From a virus (lineage: Duplodnaviria > Caudoviricetes), in IMG/VR virus record IMGVR_UViG_3300020043_004230, positions 1 through 32,613 of that record: 32,613 bases of DNA; one strand, written 5' to 3'. The notes beneath the pieces were generated by a model. It saw only the letters and a program-made list of their open reading frames with translations, ran no database searches and was not told where the DNA came from. The position numbers were made by a program, and so were the translations under genes. Shown here piece after piece: positions 16,231 through 25,002 of this stretch (within the stretch, counting starts at the first letter, position 1; each line of letters opens with the position of its first letter).

Positions 16231-16644
16231 TTATAGCCTCTTGGCGATCTCAGCCTTATCGGCATCAGTTGCGTCCTCCCGCACAAGGATGCGTTTGCCA
16301 TTGGTCTCAACGACGATCCTGCGCGGGGTCTGGCGAATGATGTCCACGAACGCATCGCGATTTGCAGCGAAGGCGCGCAAATAATTGATGATGTGCTCCG
16401 GGTCTTCCTGCTCTAGTTTTTCGCCGCCCTTGGTCATGCCCAATATGACATCCTCGGCACGCTCTCCTCGATCGTTGACTGAGTTGAACCAGAAGACCGT
16501 CGACTCTTTCCCGTCGAGTCGAACCGTGCGCGTGACTGGTTGTGGATATTTCAGCCCAAAGCCAAGCGTGGCTAGGGCTGTAGCGGCCTTGAGATTGGCC
16601 GTGTAGACATACTCCTCCTGGTCTTTAATAATTTCTTGAATCAT
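16231..16644 (-). CDS. hypothetical protein (weakly DUF5659-like)
   Basis: YTANLKAATALATLGF pattern; ATG at 16644 preferred over GTG at 16668. Confidence 0.55.
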   Translation of the reverse strand: MIQEIIKDQEEYVYTANLKAATALATLGFGLKYPQPVTRTVRLDGKESTVFWFNSVNDRGERAEDVILGMTKGGEKLEQEDPEHIINYLRAFAANRDAFVDIIRQTPRRIVVETNGKRILVREDATDADKAEIAKRL

Positions 16645-16697
16645 ATTTTTAGGCGGCAGACTTTTCACCGGCCTGCCAGCGGCCCCTCATGCGGAAA

Positions 16698-17069
16698 TTA
16701 CAGGCTTGGGTATTGGGTCGCCTCGATCGTGATTGTTTTAAAGGCATCGCTGCCTTGTTCGGAGGAAACAGAGTCAACAACAATTTTGCCGCCAGTGACG
16801 CCATGATCGGTCGTCGCATTGGCAAGAGTCAGAAGGCCACCAACCGAGGCGGTAGCGACTCCAGATGATCCGTTGATTGCGCCAGAGAGGCTGATCGTGG
16901 CGGTTTTGCCGTAGTAGGAAACGGCTACGATGTCGCCGTCTTCGTCCATAAGCTCGGATTTCGAGCTTTGAACGCTGCGGGAGAACGATGAGAGGATGAT
17001 GCCGGTCTCGGCTGTTGCGCCGAAAGTTACGTTTGCGGCAGAGGAAGAAGTAATGACGGTTGCGGCCAT
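16698..17069 (-). CDS. major tail (tube) protein, 123 aa
   Basis: Small Ser/Thr-rich beta protein after the tail terminator; highly-expressed-type codon usage; unusually short for a tube protein. Confidence 0.65.
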   Translation of the reverse strand: MAATVITSSSAANVTFGATAETGIILSSFSRSVQSSKSELMDEDGDIVAVSYYGKTATISLSGAINGSSGVATASVGGLLTLANATTDHGVTGGKIVVDSVSSEQGSDAFKTITIEATQYPSL

Positions 17070-17084
17070 GATTGGCCGAAATTG

Positions 17085-17528
17085 TCAACTGACAAGCGCG
17101 GCGTGAATGGTCAGTGTCACAGAGCGCACAAAATGACGATCTGTGGTTTGCATGGAAACAGCGCCATCGCGGAGCGCGCCGTATACGTAGCAGTATTGCG
17201 GGCGAATAGAATTGAGCTTGCCAACGATGCCAGTTACATCGTAGGCGACACAGAGTACCTCAGCCCAGAGGGATTCCAAATCCTGCGCATTTGAATCGTC
17301 GGCCTGCACGGCAAGTGCAATATCAACCGAAAATTGGAATATGGCTGAATTTACGATTGATTCCTGACGTCTATTTGCTTTCACAAAACATGCCGGCAAT
17401 GCGATCTGGTCGAAATTTTCTGCGGCTGTGACAACAAGAGCCGATCCCATTTCGGCTTGTAATGCTTGAATGAAAGCATCTGTAAGAGCCTTTTCAAGAG
17501 TGAGAGTGATCAGGGCTGGTTGTGTCAT
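17085..17528 (-). CDS. tail terminator-like protein
   Basis: LEKAL...LPACFV... pattern and position before the tube gene; start reassigned to MTQPAL by ATGA coupling. Confidence 0.6.
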   Translation of the reverse strand: MTQPALITLTLEKALTDAFIQALQAEMGSALVVTAAENFDQIALPACFVKANRRQESIVNSAIFQFSVDIALAVQADDSNAQDLESLWAEVLCVAYDVTGIVGKLNSIRPQYCYVYGALRDGAVSMQTTDRHFVRSVTLTIHAALVS

Positions 17529-17680
17529 TCTGGCCTTTCTGGAAGTTTTGAAAAATCTACTTGTGCGGCGAGGACAGCGCGGGTTCCTGCTGGCGGTTGC
17601 CATGTCGCAAGATTTCCGTCCCACAAAATGATATTCAGCATCCAGCCGCCTTGTTCATCTAAAATTATGTAGGTATCCAT
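17525..17680 (-). CDS. small fibre-associated protein (51 aa)
   Basis: MDTYIILDEQGGWMLNIILWDG...WQPP; TAATG coupling to the Gly-rich fibre gene. Confidence 0.65.
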   Translation of the reverse strand: MDTYIILDEQGGWMLNIILWDGNLATWQPPAGTRAVLAAQVDFSKLPERPE

Positions 17681-18840
17681 TAAAAATAAGTAGTTATTAT
17701 GGCCCATCCGCTTCCTCCTTTTCCTCCTGTGCCTGATGATGTTCCACTTGTTGTTGCTCCGCCGCCGCCGCCTCCGCCTGCTGGGAATCCTCCATTACCA
17801 CCGTTTCCCCCAGATACACTTATTCCGCCGCCGCCTCCGCCTCCGCCTGATCCAACGTAAAAAATATCGGTCGAATTATTTATTCCAGCACTTCCTGTTC
17901 CTCCGTTTGAGGTTCCCCCAACGCCACCACTCAAATTACCAATATTTGATCTTCCGCCTGCGCTTCCCGCTCCAGCAATGTCTTGCACTGTGTTTCCGCC
18001 CCCCGCGCCACCTCCTGCACCACCATATGCCGTAACAACAGTAGTGCTTAGTGGGTTTCCAGCAGAAGGAATTCCTCCCGATACAGAAGCCGATGCTCCA
18101 GAATTTGCCTGCATCAGACCAACTCCAGCTTGGCCCGCCGAAGAAGTACCCCCATCCCCGCCAGTCCCTCCGAGACAAATAACTGAATTAAAAGAAGTTG
18201 ATCCACCTGCCACTCCAGCTGCACCATTTGATGTTGTGGAAACTCCATTCCCCCCCGTTCCTCCAGCACCTATTGTTACAAGCTCTGTTGATCCAAGTTG
18301 ATTGGCTGGGATGTTGATATTCAAATATCCACCGCCACCACCACCGCCACCGCCACATTTTATAGTTGCTGAAGCCGCATCTTTTCTTCCAGAGCCGCCG
18401 CCTCCTCCTGCGCCAAAAAGTTGAACATTTATAGATTTTGCTCCTGCTGGCTTAGTCCAAGTTCCGGATGAAGTAAAAATCTGCACATCGGTTGCGGCGA
18501 TGTTGCCGCTCGATGCAGACGTGAGGCGGCCTTGGGCATCGACCGTGAGCGTGGCGAAATTATAAGTTCCCGCAGACACCGCAGTATCTGCGAGGCTGAT
18601 AGTTCCTGAGACCGTGATTGGCCCTCCAGTTAATCCTGTTCCAGTTGAAATACTATTGACCGTTCCATTCCCCGGCTCGCCCTGCGGTCCTTGCGGCCCC
18701 GCGACTCCCGGCACTCCTTGCTCGCCCTGCGTCCCCGCAGGCCCGACATCGCCTTTCGGGCCTTGAATCAATACCTCGATGTATTGCGTTGAGGTTGGCA
18801 GTGGATCAGGCGCAACATCTTTTTTGAAAAACATGCTCAT
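17680..18840 (-). CDS. collagen-like / glycine-rich fibre protein (386 aa)
   Basis: G-x-y repeats (GPKGDVGPAGTQGEQGVPG...), TVDAQGRLTSAS, then FTSSGTWTKPAG...GAGGGGG glycine-rich domain. Confidence 0.8.
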   Translation of the reverse strand: MSMFFKKDVAPDPLPTSTQYIEVLIQGPKGDVGPAGTQGEQGVPGVAGPQGPQGEPGNGTVNSISTGTGLTGGPITVSGTISLADTAVSAGTYNFATLTVDAQGRLTSASSGNIAATDVQIFTSSGTWTKPAGAKSINVQLFGAGGGGGSGRKDAASATIKCGGGGGGGGGYLNINIPANQLGSTELVTIGAGGTGGNGVSTTSNGAAGVAGGSTSFNSVICLGGTGGDGGTSSAGQAGVGLMQANSGASASVSGGIPSAGNPLSTTVVTAYGGAGGGAGGGNTVQDIAGAGSAGGRSNIGNLSGGVGGTSNGGTGSAGINNSTDIFYVGSGGGGGGGGISVSGGNGGNGGFPAGGGGGGGATTSGTSSGTGGKGGSGWAIITTYF

Positions 18841-19145
18841 CGATTTATGTCCTCCAGGCTAAAGTCTACGCTCACGGCATCCTGCGAAAGCTCTGCGGAA
18901 ATCACGCGGAATGGTGATCCATTTATTTCTATGCGGTCGCCGAGTGAAATGAGTTGCGTCACCGAATCATATGCCGCCGTAATGCTCATTCCGACAGAGG
19001 GCATGAATCCTCCGTCCTGCAAGGAATTGTCGCGTCGATACGTTGTTCGATTTGCAACGAATTCTTTGCCTTGATGGATGCACACGATAGGCATCTCCCC
19101 AAGCATATTTGAAAGATCAGCGGCAAAATAATTGAGCAGGCTCAC
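18837..19145 (-). CDS. head-tail joining / head closure protein (gpFII-like)
   Basis: 102 aa; GDRIEINGSPFRVI beta pattern; first structural gene after the capsid and GT block. Confidence 0.65.
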   Translation of the reverse strand: MSLLNYFAADLSNMLGEMPIVCIHQGKEFVANRTTYRRDNSLQDGGFMPSVGMSITAAYDSVTQLISLGDRIEINGSPFRVISAELSQDAVSVDFSLEDINR

Positions 19146-19155
19146 AGAATGGCGC

Positions 19156-19842
19156 TCAAATCAACTCGCATTCTTTGCAGAGCCTCGCATACTCGCTGCC
19201 TTTGACCGGCTTTTCTTTGCTCTGGTTGTGCGTGGCGTTCGACCAATGAATAATACTGGCCTTTATTGGATGCGTATATGGGGATTCGGGCACTCCTCCG
19301 CAGTCGAAGTAATTTGGGAGCGTCTTGTATGCGATGCCGTGGCGTTGCAATCCTGCATGAATGGCGACCATAGCCTCATGCCAATCGCGTCCTTGCATGC
19401 CGTCGGAAAGCATCTCTTTAAGGCGCGCTGCTAGATCCTTGGAAAAGGCATCGCCTTTCGGAATCGCCATGACGACGGGCGATACGGAAGAGAGCCAAGG
19501 CGAAAATGTATAAGGCTCAAGATCGAGTTTGACCGTCACCGCGCAATCCATCTGCACCCAAACGCCGCCGTGGCGGTAGAGCGTTTCGAGTGCGAAATAG
19601 TCACTCCAATGCGCGAAGCTGCCAATGCCGCCATTGGGAATGTAGGGATGCGGATTGCCAGCAAATCCGATTGGGTCAAGAATGTCTTTTGGCAATTGCT
19701 CAACCTTCACGCCATCAGGGACGCCATCGACCTTGCCTTTGACCCAAAGCGTGGGCGAGTTGCCGTTTTTAACAAGCAACGTGAGCGTCAATTTTTCCAT
19801 CAGGCCGAGCTTCTGGCCGATCCATACTGAGTGCGTGATCAT
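19156..19842 (-). CDS. glycosyltransferase, GT32 / Gly_transf_sug-like
   Basis: HSVWIG...SDYFALETLYRHGGVWVQMD matches SD-x-x-R-x-x-x-LY-x-x-GG-x-[YW]-x-D-x-D, with a degenerate DxD. Confidence 0.75.
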   Translation of the reverse strand: MITHSVWIGQKLGLMEKLTLTLLVKNGNSPTLWVKGKVDGVPDGVKVEQLPKDILDPIGFAGNPHPYIPNGGIGSFAHWSDYFALETLYRHGGVWVQMDCAVTVKLDLEPYTFSPWLSSVSPVVMAIPKGDAFSKDLAARLKEMLSDGMQGRDWHEAMVAIHAGLQRHGIAYKTLPNYFDCGGVPESPYTHPIKASIIHWSNATHNQSKEKPVKGSEYARLCKECELI

Positions 19843-21005
19843 TGTCTTGCTAGAATTGTCAAGCCATTGTTGTTGTCATAGTGCTCGAAAAGAACCCAAT
19901 GCGGGTTGTCGCGCATGAATTCTTGAATCGCGAGATTGATGCCAGGCTCGCGGTAATCCTCACCCACAAGGCCAAAGGCGACCGTGTCGTGAAATACGAT
20001 ATATTTGCGTGCCTGATTGCCGTGGCGCTCTAGCTCGCCTTTGACCTGTCCGTAGGTGTGGAGCGTATCGACAAAGAGCATGTCGGTCTCCTCGATAACA
20101 TCGGCCTCCAAGGTTGATCCATGCTGGAAAGTCCAATCGACTTGGAGCTGAGAACGAAGTGCAAAGATATTGTATGGATCACCGAGATCGTAGCTACGAA
20201 GCACTGGGCGCGATTTATTGGAAAGCCCGTGCAGGAATGAGAATGTGCTCATGCCGCTGCGAACGCCAAATTCGGTCACGTGATTACATTCCCGCGCAAG
20301 TTGCGCAAGGCGCATCAAGTGCTGGTGAATATCACTTTCAACTGATCGGCAACGGTTGAAAATCGTTAGCATCGGCCACATGTCGGAAAATTTTGTTGCG
20401 CCGTAATGGTAAGCGGCTTCGCTGTTTTGATGGCGCACGATGTCATCCTCTTTGCGTGTGCCATTGCTAGGATGGTCATGATTCCATTGCAGCCCCTTCA
20501 CTTGTAAAATAGGGCATTCCAATTGCGTGCGAACGGTAAAGTCGTTGTCGCAGAACACTCCGAAATAGTCAGGATGGAAAACGTATCCGCGTTTATTGTA
20601 AAGAGCACGGGATAAGATCGGGTGGCACATCAAGCCGTCTTGCCGAACGGTATCGGGGACATAACAAGCCCATTCCTTGTCGCCCGGAGGCAGCTTTTCA
20701 ACTTGATCATCCCATCCTTGCGGTGGCGTGAGATCATCGGCAATGACGATCAGGATTTCGCCACTGGAAAGTGCGGCAGCAGTATTCCAATTTGCGACAG
20801 ATGACGATGCCCATTCTGGAGGCGGGACGCTCACACCGTGCGCATAATCGATAAATGCATGCACACTTGCATCGTCATCGCTTTGGATTCCAAAAATGTG
20901 CTCGACTCGGTCGGGATGCGTTGCCCGGTCAAGCCAAATCTGGCGGGTTTCGAGTGCGCGATCGGGCGTGCCGCGAGTCGCGTGGAGTAGTGTTAGTTTT
21001 TTCAT
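19839..21005 (-). CDS. GT2-like glycosyltransferase fused to a class I SAM methyltransferase (Methyltransf_24-like)
   Basis: N-half: LLHATRG, WN-x-AA, ADD-x-x-PP-x-GWD, FCDNDF, H-x-H. C-half: VTEFGVRSGMS, DMLFVDTLHTY, IVFHDT. Confidence 0.8.
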   Translation of the reverse strand: MKKLTLLHATRGTPDRALETRQIWLDRATHPDRVEHIFGIQSDDDASVHAFIDYAHGVSVPPPEWASSSVANWNTAAALSSGEILIVIADDLTPPQGWDDQVEKLPPGDKEWACYVPDTVRQDGLMCHPILSRALYNKRGYVFHPDYFGVFCDNDFTVRTQLECPILQVKGLQWNHDHPSNGTRKEDDIVRHQNSEAAYHYGATKFSDMWPMLTIFNRCRSVESDIHQHLMRLAQLARECNHVTEFGVRSGMSTFSFLHGLSNKSRPVLRSYDLGDPYNIFALRSQLQVDWTFQHGSTLEADVIEETDMLFVDTLHTYGQVKGELERHGNQARKYIVFHDTVAFGLVGEDYREPGINLAIQEFMRDNPHWVLFEHYDNNNGLTILARQ

Positions 21006-22681
21006 GTGGTTAATTTTTCAAAGATTGCTTTTGCGCGTTCGGCCTCGACGAGATCATTGACGCGGCGATGCGTCTCATCAGTCGGGATACTGGGTTCGTA
21101 TAAAGGATGATGGTGAGCGAAAACAATATCCCGCGCATCGATAATCGCACCGGCCTTCTCGGCACGAAAGGTGAATTCCGCGTCGCTGTATTGGTTTTTA
21201 AATTCTGGGTTGAAGAAGCCATGTTGTTCATAATATTTGCGCGTCATTATTGCCATCGGCAAAAGCTCGTCCGTTCGCTTGCCGTCTGAGATCCGTAATA
21301 CCTGCGGCTTGGTAATGTCCATTCGCTTTTCAATCATTTCATCCCACCCAGGAGGACATTCCCAGTCGTCGGAAAATTGGATCAATATGTCACCAGTCGA
21401 ATATTTAGCTGCAATATTCCATGCCCCTACTGCATGACCGTTAGCGTTCCCCTGCATGACGCCAGCGAAGCGCGTGAGTTGCCTTGAAGTCATATCATCA
21501 ATATCGACTGCAAAAATGTGTTCGACGCGCTCAGGTCGTTTTGCGCGTGAGAGCCACATATTCATTGCGCTCGCAGCTTGAACTGGTCGCCCACGGGTCG
21601 CGTGCAGAAGCGAGATGCGAGGAGTGCCGCCTTCAGATAGAATGCTTGCCTCTAGCTCAAATGCCTCTCGCCCCTTCCCGGCAGCACGCAGCGCCCATGC
21701 ACGAAGTTGTTTGGCTTTCCATCCATAGTATTCGGCGCGATGCGTCCATTGAGGAAATGCCGGCACGGGGATTTTATCCATGCGGTCAAGAACCTCGATT
21801 GCCTCGGTCGGCTTGCCATTATCAAGCAGTATGGAAGCCTGTAGAGCCAAAGCCTCACGGCGATTCGGATCGATCTTCTCAGCCCCCTGCGCGAATCGCA
21901 TGGCAGCGTCCCTATCTGTCATGTTGCTCATGTTGATGAGCGTTTCATACTTGTGGACAGGATCGAGTGCTTTGAGTGCCAGCGACTCTGCGCCGTAACG
22001 GATCGCCTCTTCACGCTTGCCGATGATCATTTTTTCGTAGTGGAGATAAAATTTAATATTAGGCGTAAAGCTATCGTTAAATTCCAATATGCGCATGTTG
22101 CGTTCGTTGCTCGGCCTGCGGCCTAGTGGTGGCATATGCCTAGCAGATTCCAAATCACGGCGAGTCCAGATTTTGATCGTTTTTGTCGGGTGCATGTTCT
22201 CATGCACAGGTCGCCACCACCATCCAGTCTTATAGCGGAAGAATCGCTCTCTAGGAGCGCGCTTCTGCTGCTCGGGGATTACATAGTCGGTCAATATCCA
22301 ATCGCAATCCTGTGGGCATTCTGACAGTGCCTTGACGTGCGGCTCGACTTGCTCATCTGGCAGGATGTCGTCGATGTCGGCCCACATCACCCAGCCATCT
22401 TTGCCAGCAAGATTGTAGGCCTGCGCAAATGCCATGTTGCGGGCGGCAGCGAAGTTGTCGAGGTGCGGCCATTCCTCGCAGAGTGGCGAGTTATGATATT
22501 CAGCAATATGGCAACCGAGTTCCTTGGCAATGTCCAATGTGCGATCCGGCTTGAGTGATCCAATGGCGCGGACGACAACGATATCGTCGCATATTTTCTG
22601 ATAGGATTTAATGCATCGCTCGATGCGTTCCTCTTCGTTGCCCGTAATAAGCCCGGCAACTAGGCGTGGTTTTCGGTTCAT
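21002..22681 (-). CDS. GT2 + TPR + second GT2-like domain glycosyltransferase
   Basis: LITGNEEERIERCI, NFAAARN, WADIDD, VHE (GT2 of the TPR-linked type); TPR-like helices (DPNRREAL); C-terminal LLHATRG...SDD domain. Start reassigned to MNRKPR at 22681. Confidence 0.85.
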   Translation of the reverse strand: MNRKPRLVAGLITGNEEERIERCIKSYQKICDDIVVVRAIGSLKPDRTLDIAKELGCHIAEYHNSPLCEEWPHLDNFAAARNMAFAQAYNLAGKDGWVMWADIDDILPDEQVEPHVKALSECPQDCDWILTDYVIPEQQKRAPRERFFRYKTGWWWRPVHENMHPTKTIKIWTRRDLESARHMPPLGRRPSNERNMRILEFNDSFTPNIKFYLHYEKMIIGKREEAIRYGAESLALKALDPVHKYETLINMSNMTDRDAAMRFAQGAEKIDPNRREALALQASILLDNGKPTEAIEVLDRMDKIPVPAFPQWTHRAEYYGWKAKQLRAWALRAAGKGREAFELEASILSEGGTPRISLLHATRGRPVQAASAMNMWLSRAKRPERVEHIFAVDIDDMTSRQLTRFAGVMQGNANGHAVGAWNIAAKYSTGDILIQFSDDWECPPGWDEMIEKRMDITKPQVLRISDGKRTDELLPMAIMTRKYYEQHGFFNPEFKNQYSDAEFTFRAEKAGAIIDARDIVFAHHHPLYEPSIPTDETHRRVNDLVEAERAKAIFEKLTT

Positions 22682-22708
22682 GTCTGAATAGGCTGCGCTG
22701 TCAATAAC

Positions 22709-22744
22709 AAAAAACCCGCCCTCTTGCAAGGACGGGTTTTTTTT
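22709..22744 (-). terminator. intrinsic terminator after the major capsid gene
   Basis: AAAAAACCCGTCC-TTGCAAGA-GGGCGGGTTTTTT hairpin with A/T tracts on both sides (potentially bidirectional). Confidence 0.85.
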
Positions 22745-22765
22745 GATTGACTTAGATCAGTCCTA

Positions 22766-23725
22766 TTACAGACCAGTCGTGATGCGGATGATGCTGGATC
22801 CGTCGATGACCTTCTCAGCAACGTGCTGACGCACGCGGAGAACATTCGAGCGGCGGGCTTCATCGCGGTAGGTTTCCGCAACGAAAGGCACGGGAGAATC
22901 AGCGCCCCAGAGGATCGAGCGTCCGAATCCACCAGCGGCGAATTCGCCACCACGTGTATCGGCCAATGCGATGTAGGAATCGCCCCAGATGAATCCACCA
23001 GCGTAGCTCTTGCCTTTAGCGGCAGTGTTCTTGGGAGCGCGGCCAACGAGAACCTTCTCGACGCCGACAGCCTGGGCAACTTCCTGCTCAGAGAGCAAGC
23101 GGGTGCTGTTAGTAGCGACAACGCCGAACATTTGGTTCTGCACTTTGGTCGAGCGACGAACGCGCTCAAACAGAGTAGCGGACATGACGAGCGTGTTAGG
23201 GAGCACGCCATATTTGGCGAGTTCCAATTTGCCAGCAGCAACGTCGGCTGGGAGGTCGAAGGTCGTAATGTTGGCCTCAGTGTAAGCGGCAGTTGCACCA
23301 GAGCCAGAGATGGCGCTAAGACCATTGGCGGCGTAGGTGAGTGCGGCAACGCGGGCTTCATGACCGATCTGAATTTGGTTGAGGAGCATGTCGGCGACAG
23401 CGACCTCGACATCGAGGAAGCGGGCGAGATCACGCTGGGTCGCGTCTGGGAGAACCTCTTCGAGGCCATACTCAGTCGTAGCGAATGTATCGCTCACGAA
23501 TTTACGGCTCACGCGAGGATAGGCAGAACCGGCAGCGATCTTGGTTGCGTCGTCGTTGAGCGCCTCGGATTGGCCGAGGTTGATCTTGAGATATTCGCCT
23601 GAGCGAACATCAGCGACGTAGATCGGCATGACTTCGGCGCCGATGAACAGGTTCTGGCGGTTGCTGCGGCCTTCAAAAACGGCTTGTGCGATGTCGCCCC
23701 GGATTGTGGTAGTGGAGAGTGCCAT
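22766..23725 (-). CDS. major capsid protein (lambda gpE-like, HK97 fold)
   Basis: 319 aa; follows protease and cement genes; PNTLVMS motif; strong codon bias; followed by a terminator. Confidence 0.85.
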   Translation of the reverse strand: MALSTTTIRGDIAQAVFEGRSNRQNLFIGAEVMPIYVADVRSGEYLKINLGQSEALNDDATKIAAGSAYPRVSRKFVSDTFATTEYGLEEVLPDATQRDLARFLDVEVAVADMLLNQIQIGHEARVAALTYAANGLSAISGSGATAAYTEANITTFDLPADVAAGKLELAKYGVLPNTLVMSATLFERVRRSTKVQNQMFGVVATNSTRLLSEQEVAQAVGVEKVLVGRAPKNTAAKGKSYAGGFIWGDSYIALADTRGGEFAAGGFGRSILWGADSPVPFVAETYRDEARRSNVLRVRQHVAEKVIDGSSIIRITTGL

Positions 23726-23746
23726 AGTAGTGGTTCTTTAGATTGA

Positions 23747-24100
23747 TTAGAGCTTCGGAGCGTATTCGATCACTTCGCCTGTCGCACCGCTTTGGAGCGC
23801 CACGCCGAGAGTGAGTGCCGATGTAACAAGCGTGCCAACGATGACGCCGCCAGTAGTAGCGAATACATTGTTGCCAGCAGTCACAGGGCCAGGAGATACA
23901 AGGCCGAATTGTGTTGGGTGGAAGAGCTTGACAGAGCTAACGCCATTCGCGTCAGTGTCGTCTTGCACGACTCCAATTGCTTCGCTAGCGGTAACCACCG
24001 CAGCGGCTGCGTTTGCGCCCGAAACATAGACGAGCGTGTTTGCCGAGATCGCACTCGCGAAGGAGAACGTCCGGTATGAGTTGTCGATTTGTGTTGCCAT
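23747..24100 (-). CDS. capsid cement / decoration protein (DUF2190-like)
   Basis: 117 aa, Ala/Gly/Val-rich; AIGVVQ...VTAG...G-x-I...LGVAL...GEVIE; directly before the capsid gene. Confidence 0.75.
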   Translation of the reverse strand: MATQIDNSYRTFSFASAISANTLVYVSGANAAAAVVTASEAIGVVQDDTDANGVSSVKLFHPTQFGLVSPGPVTAGNNVFATTGGVIVGTLVTSALTLGVALQSGATGEVIEYAPKL

Positions 24101-24107
24101 GGTGGTA

Positions 24108-24521
24108 TTAGAAATTGAGTTGGTTGGAGTCGCGGAGAGCGATGTATTCGGCAGGGTGTGCGCTCATCGCGAATTTGATCGCGGCGGTGCGTGATCCGAG
24201 TTCCGATGTCTTGGCATCGATGACGGCCTTGAGGTCGAGTGGCTGCTCTTTCTTCTCTTCAATCGCAGGGCTGGCCTTCATGGGAGCAGCTCCGAAATTG
24301 GAGATGATTTGATCGAGTTTGGCCTCAAGATTGGACATACCAGACTTCGATGCGCAGTTGCACATCTCATCCTTCTTCGGCTCGGCGGCTGGCATTTCTT
24401 CCATGCTCTTCTTGTAGTCGCCAAAAGCGGTTTCGAGAGATTCTAGGCGTTTGAGAAGATCAGCGATGGAGATTTCCTCGCCCTCTTCTTTGGGTTCGAT
24501 TTCGATGGTAGCGTCTTCCAT
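24108..24521 (-). CDS. nested in-frame scaffold protein (Nu3-like, 137 aa)
   Basis: Internal ATG (MEDATIEI...) at the domain boundary, preceded by TTGACA-N14. Confidence 0.6.
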   Translation of the reverse strand: MEDATIEIEPKEEGEEISIADLLKRLESLETAFGDYKKSMEEMPAAEPKKDEMCNCASKSGMSNLEAKLDQIISNFGAAPMKASPAIEEKKEQPLDLKAVIDAKTSELGSRTAAIKFAMSAHPAEYIALRDSNQLNF

Positions 24522-24962
24522 TTGGTTGGAAATTTTGTCAACTGCCTGAAACGAAAATAAGCCGGTTGGGTTTGCTGCCGGTGTCTGCACCAAGTCGGCA
24601 GAATATAGCTCTGTGCAGCTTGCAAAGCGCTTGCCATTTACTTCTCGCACAGGGCCGCTGAAAGCGATCGAGATGCCGAATGTATCTGGCAGCTTCTCGG
24701 CGATCTCTAGCACGTATGCGCGCTTCTCAGCGTTTTCCAGAAGGTTTAGATCAGCAACCAATTTATCACCTATGATGCGAAAATTGTCGCAGAATCCAAC
24801 GATGTCCTTAATCCCAGCGCCGTGGTCGAGGTTGACTTTTACGCCTCCCGCATAGCTTTCAGCGCAGGCTTTGACTTCCTGCAATGTTGTCGCGTCCACG
24901 AAAAGACCGTGGCCTTTGGCCTCGCCGACCGAGATTATTGATACGCCCTCTATGATGTCCAT
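24108..24962 (-). CDS. prohead protease with C-terminal scaffold
   Basis: VKVNLDH, FGISI, SADLVQTPAAN (His/Ser/acid pattern of herpes/HK97-like proteases); acidic helical C-terminal half. Confidence 0.8.
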   Translation of the reverse strand: MDIIEGVSIISVGEAKGHGLFVDATTLQEVKACAESYAGGVKVNLDHGAGIKDIVGFCDNFRIIGDKLVADLNLLENAEKRAYVLEIAEKLPDTFGISIAFSGPVREVNGKRFASCTELYSADLVQTPAANPTGLFSFQAVDKISNQMEDATIEIEPKEEGEEISIADLLKRLESLETAFGDYKKSMEEMPAAEPKKDEMCNCASKSGMSNLEAKLDQIISNFGAAPMKASPAIEEKKEQPLDLKAVIDAKTSELGSRTAAIKFAMSAHPAEYIALRDSNQLNF

Positions 24963-25002
24963 GCGAAGGCATGGATGTCAAATAGCTCAAGCGTGACTTG
25001 AA

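Noticed and set aside
17700-18420. GCC/CCG-rich low-complexity repeats
   Set aside because: Explained by poly-glycine codons of the fibre protein.
22678-23602. Long alternative-frame ORFs over the capsid gene (263 aa minus, 259 aa plus)
   Set aside because: Ser/Pro/Leu-rich or antisense shadows expected from strong codon bias; no motifs, unlike the methyltransferase beta frame.
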